Assembly: GCA_025839675.1 (NCBI GenBank)
Contig: CP104013.1
Location: forward strand, 1,920,001 to 1,952,000
From: Candidatus Lokiarchaeum ossiferum
Lineage (GTDB): Archaea; Asgardarchaeota; Lokiarchaeia; Sigyniarchaeales; Promethearchaeaceae
DNA: 32,000 nucleotides
Direction of reading: 5' to 3'
Below are positions 1 to 8,871 of this stretch, piece by piece (positions within the stretch are counted from its first letter, which is position 1; every line of letters starts with the position of its first letter). The position numbers and the translations under genes were made by a program. The notes below the pieces were generated by a model, which saw nothing but the letters and a program-made list of their open reading frames with translations, did not search any database and had not been told where the DNA came from.

Positions 1-2132
1 GCAGACTCAACATAACTCCATTCAAATGAATCAATTTCATTCACGGAAATAAATGCATTTGAAATACCTTCTGTTGGCTGTGAAATATTGTAATATTGCA
101 TTTCATAAGTAGCATTAATCCCTCTAATTGCATTGAAATCATTTGATGTAATATCTTGAACTTGGGTTGGATATTCTACTGTTAATTCATAAGTAAATGT
201 ATGATTCATATATTTAGAATTGTTTATCATAATTGTGAGTACGTGATCACCTGCGGGATATGTTGAAGGATCGATAGTTACATTGTAGGTATTATCTGCA
301 TTATTTTGAGCCGTATTTTCAACCCAACCCGAAATATCTGAAAATCCAATTGTTGCACCAGCAATATGGACAGGAGAATTAGTTATATCTTCATATGATA
401 CAGAAATATTGAATGGAATGTCATTTGTATGAACAATAGAACCATTAGCGTGGGGACTACTAGTAGAATATTGTGAGACACCTGCAATGAAAACACTAGT
501 ATCGTAAACTGAAACATCTGTTTCATTACTCCAAACCAATTGAACGCGAAAATCACCATACCCAGCAAGTGAACCCGCAGAAATATCCCAATCATCGAAG
601 GTATTAACGGAAGTACTACTTCCTACCGATATTACTGGATTTGTTGTATACACCATTTCATCATTTACATCACTAGGATGATAAATAGTTAAATTTACGA
701 TTCCGTTCAGATTTTCTATAAAAGTGGAATTTAATTCAAGAGTGCTATCAGAATAAGCAAAATAGGGTTCTGACAGTTCAACACCTCCTATACCAATTTT
801 AATATCGGAAATAAAATTTGTAGAACTGCAAGTCAGTGTCCATTCTCCATTAACAGCACTAGCTCCATCTACAGTTATAATTTGGGACGTAGAATTCGAC
901 CATATAGGTGTGTTCCATAAAACAGCACCACTTTTATCTAGGGATGTTGCAGTCCAACTTATGGGAATAGTAAAATTGATTGTTTCATATGAAAGATCTG
1001 AATCTGCACTAAGACTAGAAAAAGTTGAAGTGGAAGTCCAAGTGACATCATTACCATGATCAACCAAATATGATGTTGGAGCTTTAAATGATTGAGTATA
1101 ATTAACTGAAGTAAAATTAATATCTGCGGAATAATTCCCCCAATCAGAAGATACAATAAATTCAATATTACTAGAAGAGCAATATTCACCAATTGTATCC
1201 CAATAACCTGAATTGTGACTTGGGGAAGAAGTATTATTATTAACTGCAGTCCCATTTATAGTCAATCCAATAGATTCTGGGTCAGGAGCAGTCACACCTC
1301 CAAGATCTAATGTCACCTTAGTTAAAAAATCAACAGTATATGATTCAAATTCTGGAACGAATAAAATTCTTGGAACATCTAATTTAAAAGAGTCAGCTTC
1401 ATCCCCTTCAGTATCTTCAGATCCTCCTGAATCAGCACAATAGCGCCACCCCACAGCGAAACTATCATTATATGCCATTCGTATTCCAATAAACCATACG
1501 TTATTAACAGTATTAGAGCTAAGTAATTCTTGATTAAGATTTGTAAAATCAGCCCAGTAAGTTCCAGCTGCAGCATTTAAAGTAATACTATAATCAGAAG
1601 AAGTTAAAGCAGATTCTTTTGGAACATATCTTCCCAAGAGAGAATTCCATTCCCCACCATAAATGTGTAAATATAAATCTCCCATGTCGGTACCCGATTT
1701 AGAGATATAGAAGGATGCATCATCCAAATAGCAATCACCAGTAGTGTTGAAATTTATAACATATGTAGGAGCCAACCCAATAGGAACTACACTAAGAGGT
1801 GAAGAATCTTCAATATCATTCTGAATATCGTAAGCTTGAATATTATCAAAAGTAATATTTGTTTTTGAAGTGGTAAAACCTTGAGGAGCAGGACGACTAA
1901 AAGATGTATTAGTTTGATTAACTTCAAATAATGTAGTATTTTCGGTAGCTTGATGGAGAGTCACATTAACATTATTATAATCTCCTGAAAGAGAAGGAGA
2001 ATAATCTTGAGCAATCGGATTTGCAATTACTTCATTTTCAATTTCCTCAATAATTTTCACATTTGAATTACTCGGAATACTGCCCAAAACAATGATAAGG
2101 AATATGATGCAAGAATAGGAATTTTTTTTCAT
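1..2132 (-). CDS. Secreted/surface protein, N-terminal ~710 aa (C-terminus lies beyond the left edge); rich in N-glycosylation sequons
   Basis: It is absent from the ORF track because it runs off the window edge. I reverse-complemented 2132->1 by hand. ATG is at 2130-2132 and the frame stays open to position 3, which is remarkable in AT-rich DNA. The frame was spot-checked at four separate segments. The N-terminus MKKNSYSCIIFLIIVLGSIPSNS looks like a signal peptide or anchor. There are more than 20 N-x-S/T sequons and a Thr/Ser/Asn-rich, beta-type composition. The track ORFs 383-595, 959-1255 and 1379-1576 lie in another frame of the same strand. Confidence 0.75.
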   Translation of the reverse strand, partial: MKKNSYSCIIFLIIVLGSIPSNSNVKIIEEIENEVIANPIAQDYSPSLSGDYNNVNVTLHQATENTTLFEVNQTNTSFSRPAPQGFTTSKTNITFDNIQAYDIQNDIEDSSPLSVVPIGLAPTYVINFNTTGDCYLDDASFYISKSGTDMGDLYLHIYGGEWNSLLGRYVPKESALTSSDYSITLNAAAGTYWADFTNLNQELLSSNTVNNVWFIGIRMAYNDSFAVGWRYCADSGGSEDTEGDEADSFKLDVPRILFVPEFESYTVDFLTKVTLDLGGVTAPDPESIGLTINGTAVNNNTSSPSHNSGYWDTIGEYCSSSNIEFIVSSDWGNYSADINFTSVNYTQSFKAPTSYLVDHGNDVTWTSTSTFSSLSADSDLSYETINFTIPISWTATSLDKSGAVLWNTPIWSNSTSQIITVDGASAVNGEWTLTCSSTNFISDIKIGIGGVELSEPYFAYSDSTLELNSTFIENLNGIVNLTIYHPSDVNDEMVYTTNPVISVGSSTSVNTFDDWDISAGSLAGYGDFRVQLVWSNETDVSVYDTSVFIAGVSQYSTSSPHANGSIVHTNDIPFNISVSYEDITNSPVHIAGATIGFSDISGWVENTAQNNADNTYNVTIDPSTYPAGDHVLTIMINNSKYMNHTFTYELTVEYPTQVQDITSNDFNAIRGINATYEMQYYNISQPTEGISNAFISVNEIDSFEWSYVES

Positions 2133-2459
2133 TCGATTTTCGCTCGGAAGAAATTCTATAATGTAACATGCTTGCATTTTCTACTTAACTTTTTTGAATT
2201 TTATATTGAACTAACAAAAACGTCAAAGAATGGGGCTAGCGAAGGAATACTGATATGTCAAAAGTCGGTTTAAACTGGAGTCATTTAATTAATTTCAAAT
2301 AAAAAAAGTCATTTTTTCTATGAAGAAGTAAAAAATATTTATTCTATATTTTCTAAAATCTATACTATTCAATTCATTTAATTCAGCGGAAAAAATAGAA
2401 AATCCCAAAACCTTGGGGCAAAATCACACAAAAACATTGTAAAAAAAAACGAAAGTGAA

Positions 2460-3161
2460 TTACTCATCTTTTAAAATAATGCGTCCATCTACAGCCACAA
2501 TGCCATCCTTATAGGTGAACAAAGGATTCAAGTCCATTTCAGCTATTTCAGGATAATCGTAGGCGAGTTGGGCAACTTTTTTCAAGGTATCTTTAATGGC
2601 TTCAAAATCGGCTTTGTCGTTTCCCCGATACCCATCCAAAATCTTAAAGCCCTTTATTTCGTGCAACATCTCATCAGCATCAAAATCGGAGATGGGGGCA
2701 ATGCGGAACGAGACATCCTTCATCACCTCGACTAAAACTCCTCCAATACCGAACATAACGGTAGCCCCAAATTGAGGATCTTGCAGAGATCCGATAATAA
2801 TTTCAGCAATAGGTTTAGGAGCCATCTCTTGCACAGAAATTGCTTTGGTCTCATCCACACATTCTATAGCCATGAGCCCATCATAGGCGATGCGAGCCTC
2901 AGCCGCATCTTTGATACCCAACTTTACGGCCCCAGAATCGGATTTATGAACGATTTTATCACTCATTAATTTCATAACTAACGGATAACCAATTGCGTCG
3001 CAGGTTTTAATTACCTCATCCGCGCCATTGGAAGCTAAAACAAGGGCTTGTTTAGGAATGGAAATACCGATGGTTTGTAATAATTCTTTGGATTCAAACT
3101 CGGTGAGAATTTTGCGATTTTCACTTCGCACTTTTGCAATGATTTCATCCACAGTTGCCAT
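2460..3161 (-). CDS. acdB: Acetate--CoA ligase (ADP-forming) / acetyl-CoA synthetase, beta (ATP-grasp) subunit
   Basis: The 233-aa product aligns end to end with my recollection of Pyrococcus ACD beta: GYPLVMKLMSDKIVHKSDSGAVKL, DPQFGATVMFGIGGVLVEVMKDVSFRIAP, EMDLNPLF...AVDGRI. The size is typical for a stand-alone beta subunit. Confidence 0.88.
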   Translation of the reverse strand: MATVDEIIAKVRSENRKILTEFESKELLQTIGISIPKQALVLASNGADEVIKTCDAIGYPLVMKLMSDKIVHKSDSGAVKLGIKDAAEARIAYDGLMAIECVDETKAISVQEMAPKPIAEIIIGSLQDPQFGATVMFGIGGVLVEVMKDVSFRIAPISDFDADEMLHEIKGFKILDGYRGNDKADFEAIKDTLKKVAQLAYDYPEIAEMDLNPLFTYKDGIVAVDGRIILKDE

Positions 3162-3314
3162 GGGTAAAATAAACTAGGTTAAAATTAAACTATTTCGATT
3201 CTGTGAAGATTCTTGGGAAAAAGTTGGGCAGATCCTTATTGCAAGATAAATCAAAGAAAAGCATGTAGGTAATTAAATTAAGGTAGTAAAAAAAAATAAA
3301 AAGATGAGCCTCAA

Positions 3315-6200
3315 TTATAAGCCCATATCTTTTCGGAATTTATATTTCAAAGCTTCCACACTAGCAACGACCACTATGATAAAGAGCAAGATCCACAACC
3401 ATTCAATGGTGAGTGGAATGACTTTAAAGATTGCCCCCAATGGACTTCCGGGAATATAAAGCACAATTGTCAAGACGGAAGAAATTGCAACTGCCCAGAG
3501 CATCATCTTATTGGTTAGTACTCCGATGGTCTTAATGCTATTGTATTCGGATCGACAATTAAATGCATTTGCCATCTCACCGAACATCATTGCAAGGAAG
3601 GTAACCGATCGAGCTTTCCAAAGGTTGAAGGCTAAGAGGAGTTCCTCGCCCGAGAGAGATTTATTCTCATAATGTTCAGTTTGAACTAATGCAGCTAAAC
3701 TGTCAGGAATATCATCGACACTATTCAAGGCAAAAGGTCCGTGGAAGAAACCACCGCTATAATAGAGCAAGTAGATACCGAGGATTAAGATAGTCATAAC
3801 CACACCACGGAAAATCATGGTTTCGATAAAGCGTTTGGTCAAGATGGGTTCATCTTCAGGCCGCGGCATCTGTTTCATGAGAGTAGGATCATATGGATCG
3901 AATCCTAAAGCAAGAGCTGGTGCACCATCAGTAACAAGATTAATCCAGAGTAATTGGATGGCAACTAAGGGAGGTTCAACTCCGATCAAAGCAGCACCCA
4001 ACAATACTAAAACTTCCATAATGTTTGAAGAGAGGAGATATTGAATGAATTTTTTAATGTTATCATAAATACCTCGTCCTTCTTCGACAGCCATCACAAT
4101 GGTGGCAAAATTATCATCCGCTAAAACCATAACTGCCGCTTCTTTGGAAACATCGGTTCCAGTAATTCCCATGGCTACACCGACATTTGCATTTTTTAGA
4201 GCAGGTGCATCATTGACTCCATCACCAGTCATTGCTACAACTTGACCTTCTGCTTGAAGAGCTTTGACAATGTTTTGTTTATGTTCAGGTGAGACACGAG
4301 CAAAAACATGACAATCTCGAATATCTTGATTACTCATGGAAGGAATATCTTTTCCTTCATGAGTTACTTCCCCTTCAGAAATCATACCTAATTCTTTAGC
4401 AATGGCAGTTGCAGTAATCAAATTATCTCCGGTGATCATTTTCACACCAATTCCTGCGTCCTTACATTCTTCAATGGCTTTTTTGACTTCATCCCTTGGA
4501 GGATCAATCATGAATTGCATTCCAACGAAAGTCAAATCCTTTTCAATAGATTCCACTTCAACAGGAATTCCATCAGCAACACGATAGGCGAAACCTAATC
4601 CACGTAAAGCTTCACTCGCTTTTTGTTCGTAGGCTTTTAAGATGGTTTTTTTATCATCATCTGTAATAGGACGTTCTTTACCATCCCAAAGGATAGATTT
4701 ACAATAGTCTAAAATTATTTCGGTAGCACCCTTGATATATGCGATTTTTTTCCCATCAACCATATTAATGGTTGTCATTCGTTTGCGAGTAGAATCGAAA
4801 GGAATTTCATCAACACGAGGGTATTTTTCGTCGATCGCTTTTCGAGGACCATAGGCTTTTTCAGCAGCAGAAATTAAACATCCTTCTGTTGGATCTCCGA
4901 AACACATCCACTTCTCTTCTTTGGCTAAGCGAGCATTATTACATAGTAATCCTGTGCGTAATACCATTTCAAGATCAGGAATTGTTTTCCCATCAACAAG
5001 ATCTTCACCAAGTTTAATTTCACCAGTAGGTTCATATCCTGCTCCAAAGACGTTATAGATTTTTCCGCCAGCCCAAATAGCTCGAACGGTCATTTCGTTC
5101 TTGGTTAAAGTTCCAGTTTTATCGGAACAAATAACAGTTGTACATCCGAGGGTTTCGACTGAATGTAATTTTTTAATAATTGCGTTTCGTTCAGACATCC
5201 GAGTAACACCGATAGCTAAACAAGTGGTGACTACTGCAGGTAAGCCTTCAGGAATTGCAGCAACAGCTAAAGCAACACCCGCGAGTAAGGAAGCAATAAC
5301 TTTGGACAACCAAGCTTCAGGAGTCAATTGTCCGTGGATACCAGCCCAAATAACGTAGATAACTGAGACCAACCCACAAATGATTAAAATAATCTTTCCA
5401 AGCCAAGCACCAAATTCTTCAAGGGATTTTTGCAAGGGGGTCATCATTGTTTCAGCTTCGCTGATCATGGTGGCGATTTTTCCGACTTCGGTTTTCATTC
5501 CGGTTTCAGTGGCAATTACCTTGCCCCGACCATAAGTAGCTAAAGTGGAAGAAAAGACCATGTTCTTGCGGTCGGCTAAAGCGCATTCTTCATTTTCAAT
5601 GATTTTAATATCTTTTTTCACTGCAACGCTTTCGCCAGTTAAGGCTGCTTCTTCAATTTTAAAATTGGATTCTTCGAATAATCGACCATCGGCAGGAATT
5701 TTATCTCCTTCATTGAGAATTAATAGATCTCCTGGAACGATTTCTCGAGCTTTTATCATAACTTCTTTTCCATCACGTACGACTTGAGCATCTGGCGCAG
5801 ACATACTACGTAAAGCTTCAATGGCATCATCCGCTTTTCCTTCTTGAATGAATCCAATAACTGCATTCAAAATAACAATAATTGCAATTACCAGCCAATC
5901 CCATCCAAAAGAAGCTTCACCATGTGAACTGGTTTCGATATATTCCATAATTGCTGAAATTAACGCAGCGGCAATTAAGATGTAAATTAACACATCGTTA
6001 AATTGTTGTAAAAAGACTTTCCAACGAGGAATCTTTTCCGTTGCGGTCAATTCATTTGGACCATATTTTGCCAATCGAGCTTTAGCATCTGCACTGGATA
6101 ACCCTGCCGTAATACTGGTAGATAATTTCTTTTCTACTTGTTCAGTTGAAAAGGTGAACCATTTTTCTTGTGGTTCTTCAATAACGGGTTGAGTTTCCAT
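3315..6200 (-). CDS. P-type ATPase, P2A (SERCA-like) Ca2+-transporting
   Basis: Motifs present: ICSDKTGTLT (phospho-Asp), LTGESVAV (TGES), MITGDN and GDGVNDAPAL. TM4 is AVAAIPEGLPAVVTTCLAIG, TM5 is YLLSSNIMEV, TM6 is LWINLVTDGAPALALGF and TM8 is FGEMANAFN. These closely resemble SERCA1a as I remember it. Confidence 0.92.
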   Translation of the reverse strand: METQPVIEEPQEKWFTFSTEQVEKKLSTSITAGLSSADAKARLAKYGPNELTATEKIPRWKVFLQQFNDVLIYILIAAALISAIMEYIETSSHGEASFGWDWLVIAIIVILNAVIGFIQEGKADDAIEALRSMSAPDAQVVRDGKEVMIKAREIVPGDLLILNEGDKIPADGRLFEESNFKIEEAALTGESVAVKKDIKIIENEECALADRKNMVFSSTLATYGRGKVIATETGMKTEVGKIATMISEAETMMTPLQKSLEEFGAWLGKIILIICGLVSVIYVIWAGIHGQLTPEAWLSKVIASLLAGVALAVAAIPEGLPAVVTTCLAIGVTRMSERNAIIKKLHSVETLGCTTVICSDKTGTLTKNEMTVRAIWAGGKIYNVFGAGYEPTGEIKLGEDLVDGKTIPDLEMVLRTGLLCNNARLAKEEKWMCFGDPTEGCLISAAEKAYGPRKAIDEKYPRVDEIPFDSTRKRMTTINMVDGKKIAYIKGATEIILDYCKSILWDGKERPITDDDKKTILKAYEQKASEALRGLGFAYRVADGIPVEVESIEKDLTFVGMQFMIDPPRDEVKKAIEECKDAGIGVKMITGDNLITATAIAKELGMISEGEVTHEGKDIPSMSNQDIRDCHVFARVSPEHKQNIVKALQAEGQVVAMTGDGVNDAPALKNANVGVAMGITGTDVSKEAAVMVLADDNFATIVMAVEEGRGIYDNIKKFIQYLLSSNIMEVLVLLGAALIGVEPPLVAIQLLWINLVTDGAPALALGFDPYDPTLMKQMPRPEDEPILTKRFIETMIFRGVVMTILILGIYLLYYSGGFFHGPFALNSVDDIPDSLAALVQTEHYENKSLSGEELLLAFNLWKARSVTFLAMMFGEMANAFNCRSEYNSIKTIGVLTNKMMLWAVAISSVLTIVLYIPGSPLGAIFKVIPLTIEWLWILLFIIVVVASVEALKYKFRKDMGL

Positions 6201-6497
6201 TGTAGTTTACCTATAACACTTATTTCTTCGTTTCTTGAAACCAAAATAAATTTCAAGATATGAAACAAGGAAATTTAATTATGGATTTTTAAAAAAGTTA
6301 TTTAGTAGTCTTGGGAAAAAAATGGCAAATTTCTACTAATAAATTGATCCATTTATTTGAAAAGGAAACATCTGAATTGAAATAATGTTAAATCTTCAAT
6401 ATTGCATGATCATTCCATCATAGCATTTCCGAAAATTAGTGATGAATCCTTCAAAAAAATATATTCTTTGATCATATCTTGCTGTGATTTGAACACT

Positions 6498-7346
6498 TCA
6501 TGATCGATTTGGAAGGTTTTCACTTACTATGATCCCATGAGCCTGGATCACATGCTGTTTTAATAGAGAATATACTTCTTTTAACTTGTCAAATATATCT
6601 GATTCACCACTGGTTGCAGTTATATGTAATTCCAATTCCCAATGACCTAGTTCAGATTTTCGTGGGTGAGTTTTGATCCATAAGGAGGGATATTGATCTT
6701 TAAGCTCGTAAACCTTCTGAGTGAATTTAGATTCACCAATGTTTTGAAAAACAAATCCTCCTTGATAAAAATGCTGATCGGAGGAGATCTGTCGCAATTC
6801 GGGTAAAATATGTACAGAAAAGATAGAATGGAGTTCTTTTGGAATCCCGGGCATTGCAATAATTGTAGTATGCCCATTTGTAATTGAAGGAGGAAATCGA
6901 ACCCCTGGAGCAGTGCCCTCTGAATTTGATAACGAAATACATCCTTCAGGCATCATTGCCATTTTTAATAAGTAAGGACGTTCTTGAATCAATTTGTCAA
7001 ATGAAAGGTCAGGATATCGTGTTTCATATCTCTCTTTCATCATTAAAACTGATTGTTTATTCTCTATAAGATTTAAAGGAGGATATAACACATTTGATAT
7101 ACCAAGAATAGTCATATCATCAAAAGTAGGCCCCAAACCACCTGAAACAAAAATATAATTAGGTTTTCGATCAAGAGCACTTCGAAAAGTAGATGAAATG
7201 ATCTCCAAATTATCTGGAATGATAGTGATCTGTGATACTTGAATCCCCAAAGGAACAATTTGATCAATAATCCATTTTCCATTAGTATCAGCAATTTTCC
7301 CAACAAGTAATTCATTTCCCGTCAAGATTATTTCACACTGAATCAT
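6498..7346 (-). CDS. CinA-N / MoaB-Mog fold (MoCF-binding, COG1058-like) protein
   Basis: ILTGNELLVGKIADTNG...IFVSGGLGPTFDDMT is the CinA-N/MoCF-binding signature. The track start at 7403 is a TTG. I prefer ATG at 7344-7346 (MIQCEIILTGNELL), which gives the usual family N-terminus. Confidence 0.7.
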   Translation of the reverse strand: MIQCEIILTGNELLVGKIADTNGKWIIDQIVPLGIQVSQITIIPDNLEIISSTFRSALDRKPNYIFVSGGLGPTFDDMTILGISNVLYPPLNLIENKQSVLMMKERYETRYPDLSFDKLIQERPYLLKMAMMPEGCISLSNSEGTAPGVRFPPSITNGHTTIIAMPGIPKELHSIFSVHILPELRQISSDQHFYQGGFVFQNIGESKFTQKVYELKDQYPSLWIKTHPRKSELGHWELELHITATSGESDIFDKLKEVYSLLKQHVIQAHGIIVSENLPNRS

Positions 7347-7455
7347 TTCACTTCCTATAAAGAGAAGTTCTTTAAAAGTATTTATGATAAAAAAGTCTGT
7401 CAAAAAAATGTAATGAAACCCTTATTTCCGATTTTGAGTTTTTTGACGTATACTT

Positions 7456-8166
7456 ATGACCATAGAAATTGATGATAGCGGCACGGGAGATTTGATTGGA
7501 TCTGCCTTTATTTTATTTTGGAGACGCGAAACCAACGAACTTGTTAAGAAAGAAGTGCCCCTTGAATTATATCAATCGTCTGATTTCAATACCACCACAA
7601 AGAATTACATTCGCCAGCTTTTCATTGATACTTTTGAGGAAATGAAAATTCCCAAAACTGAAGATATTTACCTTTGTACCGGCCCTTGTTTTGATGAAGC
7701 ACGAGTTTTCTTAAAAGAAGAAGAATATAATTATCAAGATGCGAAAATTGAAGGATATTTGCAAGATATGGTCGAACAAACGTATTTAGATCACATCATC
7801 GAAGAATTTGGGGTCCCGCAACATAAAGTCTCCGTCGAGAGTGGAAAAAAGCGATTCTTTGCGATTTTTCATTGGATCACTAAGGATTTTCCACGTCGAA
7901 AAGTGTACGTGAAATCAGGTTTCGAAAAATGGCATACCAAATGGGAACAAGAAGCGGAACAAGAATGGATTGGACGCATGATTAAGACCGAAATGGAACC
8001 CTTGGAACAAAAAAGAGGCCGATATAGTCGAAGAACGCCATATCAAAAGAGAAATCCAAGGAAAACTTCCAAAGGAAAGCCTTACAAGGCAAAAAAGAGT
8101 TCAAAAACAAAGAAACCGAGATCGTATTTTGGGAAACGAAAAAAGAAATCCAGTGCCCCTAAATAG
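7456..8166 (+). CDS. RNase HII-like (type 2 RNase H fold) protein with divergent active-site residues and a Lys/Arg-rich C-terminal tail
   Basis: The N-terminus MTIEIDDSGTGDLIGSAFI resembles RNase HII/HIII motif I (GIDEAGRGPVIGP / DESGTGDYFGP). SSDFNTTTKNYIRQLF resembles RDSKKLTPKRREKLF. EDIYLCTGPCFDEARVF resembles DVIYADAADVDEERFA. All comparisons are to remembered Thermococcus RNase HII. The last ~55 aa are polybasic (KRGRYSRRTPYQKRNPRKTSKGKPYKAKKSSKTKKPRSYFGKRKKK). Confidence 0.45.
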   Translation: MTIEIDDSGTGDLIGSAFILFWRRETNELVKKEVPLELYQSSDFNTTTKNYIRQLFIDTFEEMKIPKTEDIYLCTGPCFDEARVFLKEEEYNYQDAKIEGYLQDMVEQTYLDHIIEEFGVPQHKVSVESGKKRFFAIFHWITKDFPRRKVYVKSGFEKWHTKWEQEAEQEWIGRMIKTEMEPLEQKRGRYSRRTPYQKRNPRKTSKGKPYKAKKSSKTKKPRSYFGKRKKKSSAPK

Positions 8167-8313
8167 CCCTCAACATCATGATGGTCTATGACCAATTTTA
8201 TTTAATTTCTAATTTTCAAAATAACTTCTGCCGTCTTTCCAGAAATCATTTTTTTTGATATCTTATTCTGGTTGGAGAGAGCTTTTTTCTTTCAAAATGA
8301 CTTATCAAAAACG

Positions 8314-8871
8314 ATGAAGGAATATCCAAATTTAAAACCAATTTTCGCTTCTTCCACCATGCATGTTTGGTTTGATAATAAAAAAGTTCAATTTAGCAAC
8401 AATATCATTTACGATTATCTCGATTTGAGAAACAATTCTTCATGGAAAAGCTTTAAACATTTCTTAGCGGAACCAAAAAATTATGAGCAAGAAATTACCA
8501 CAAATTGGAACAATTTACAGATGTTTTTGGATCAAGAAAAAAATATGATAAATGCAATCGATGTCAATCTGAACGTGCAACATTGTGGAATTCAGTTTAG
8601 AGATCCATTTCATCCTTTTGTGAATTGGATTGTGGAATTTGAAGGTCCAGGACATTTTGGAGCCAATTATTATGAGAATATAATTGAACAAGAGATTTTG
8701 GAATACCCCATATACTCACAATACATTTTCGATAAATCTACCCGCGTAATGGAGGTCACTAGTTCGATATCCTATGAAATCAACCCAAATAGACGCATCA
8801 TCGAATATTTTGGACAAAAAGGAGATATTTTGAATGGATATGAAAAAATTTCATTCTCAAAAGGTCACTAA
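8314..8871 (+). CDS. Hypothetical protein
   Basis: The ORF is open from TTG 8272. The first ATG is at 8314 (MKEYPNLKP). I recognise no motif. It lies 105-150 bp downstream of, and co-oriented with, the RNase HII-like gene. Confidence 0.5.
   Translation: MKEYPNLKPIFASSTMHVWFDNKKVQFSNNIIYDYLDLRNNSSWKSFKHFLAEPKNYEQEITTNWNNLQMFLDQEKNMINAIDVNLNVQHCGIQFRDPFHPFVNWIVEFEGPGHFGANYYENIIEQEILEYPIYSQYIFDKSTRVMEVTSSISYEINPNRRIIEYFGQKGDILNGYEKISFSKGH

Noticed and set aside
383-1576. Track ORFs 383-595, 959-1255 and 1379-1576 (minus strand), 65-98 aa, Leu/Ile-rich.
   Set aside because: All three lie in one alternative frame of the long edge-truncated surface-protein gene (1-2132). They have junk-like composition and no motifs.
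3817-5787. Four plus-strand ORFs (3817-4044, 4402-4587, 5101-5358, 5545-5787) antisense to the P-type ATPase, plus 10033-10491 antisense to the thiolase. I also considered that the locally higher GC of these two genes signals horizontal transfer.
   Set aside because: Antisense ORFs are expected opposite Gly/Ala/Pro-rich conserved genes, and their products are low-complexity. The higher GC is explained by amino-acid constraints on highly conserved enzymes in an AT-rich genome. It cannot be called HGT without genome-wide statistics.
6439-6500. GTGATGA at about 6440, considered as a possible C box of a C/D-box sRNA in the ATPase upstream region. A similar TGATGA...CTGA occurs at 11383-11396.
   Set aside because: There is no properly spaced D/D' (CUGA) and C' boxes, and no terminal stem. 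In the second case the two motifs are only 2 nt apart. This is a chance occurrence in AT-rich DNA.
6647-7315. Track ORFs 6647-6877, 6733-6942 and 7112-7315 (-) and 6884-7069 (+), all inside the CinA-like gene.
   Set aside because: They lie in alternative frames, or antisense, within a gene that has clear family motifs. There is no independent support.
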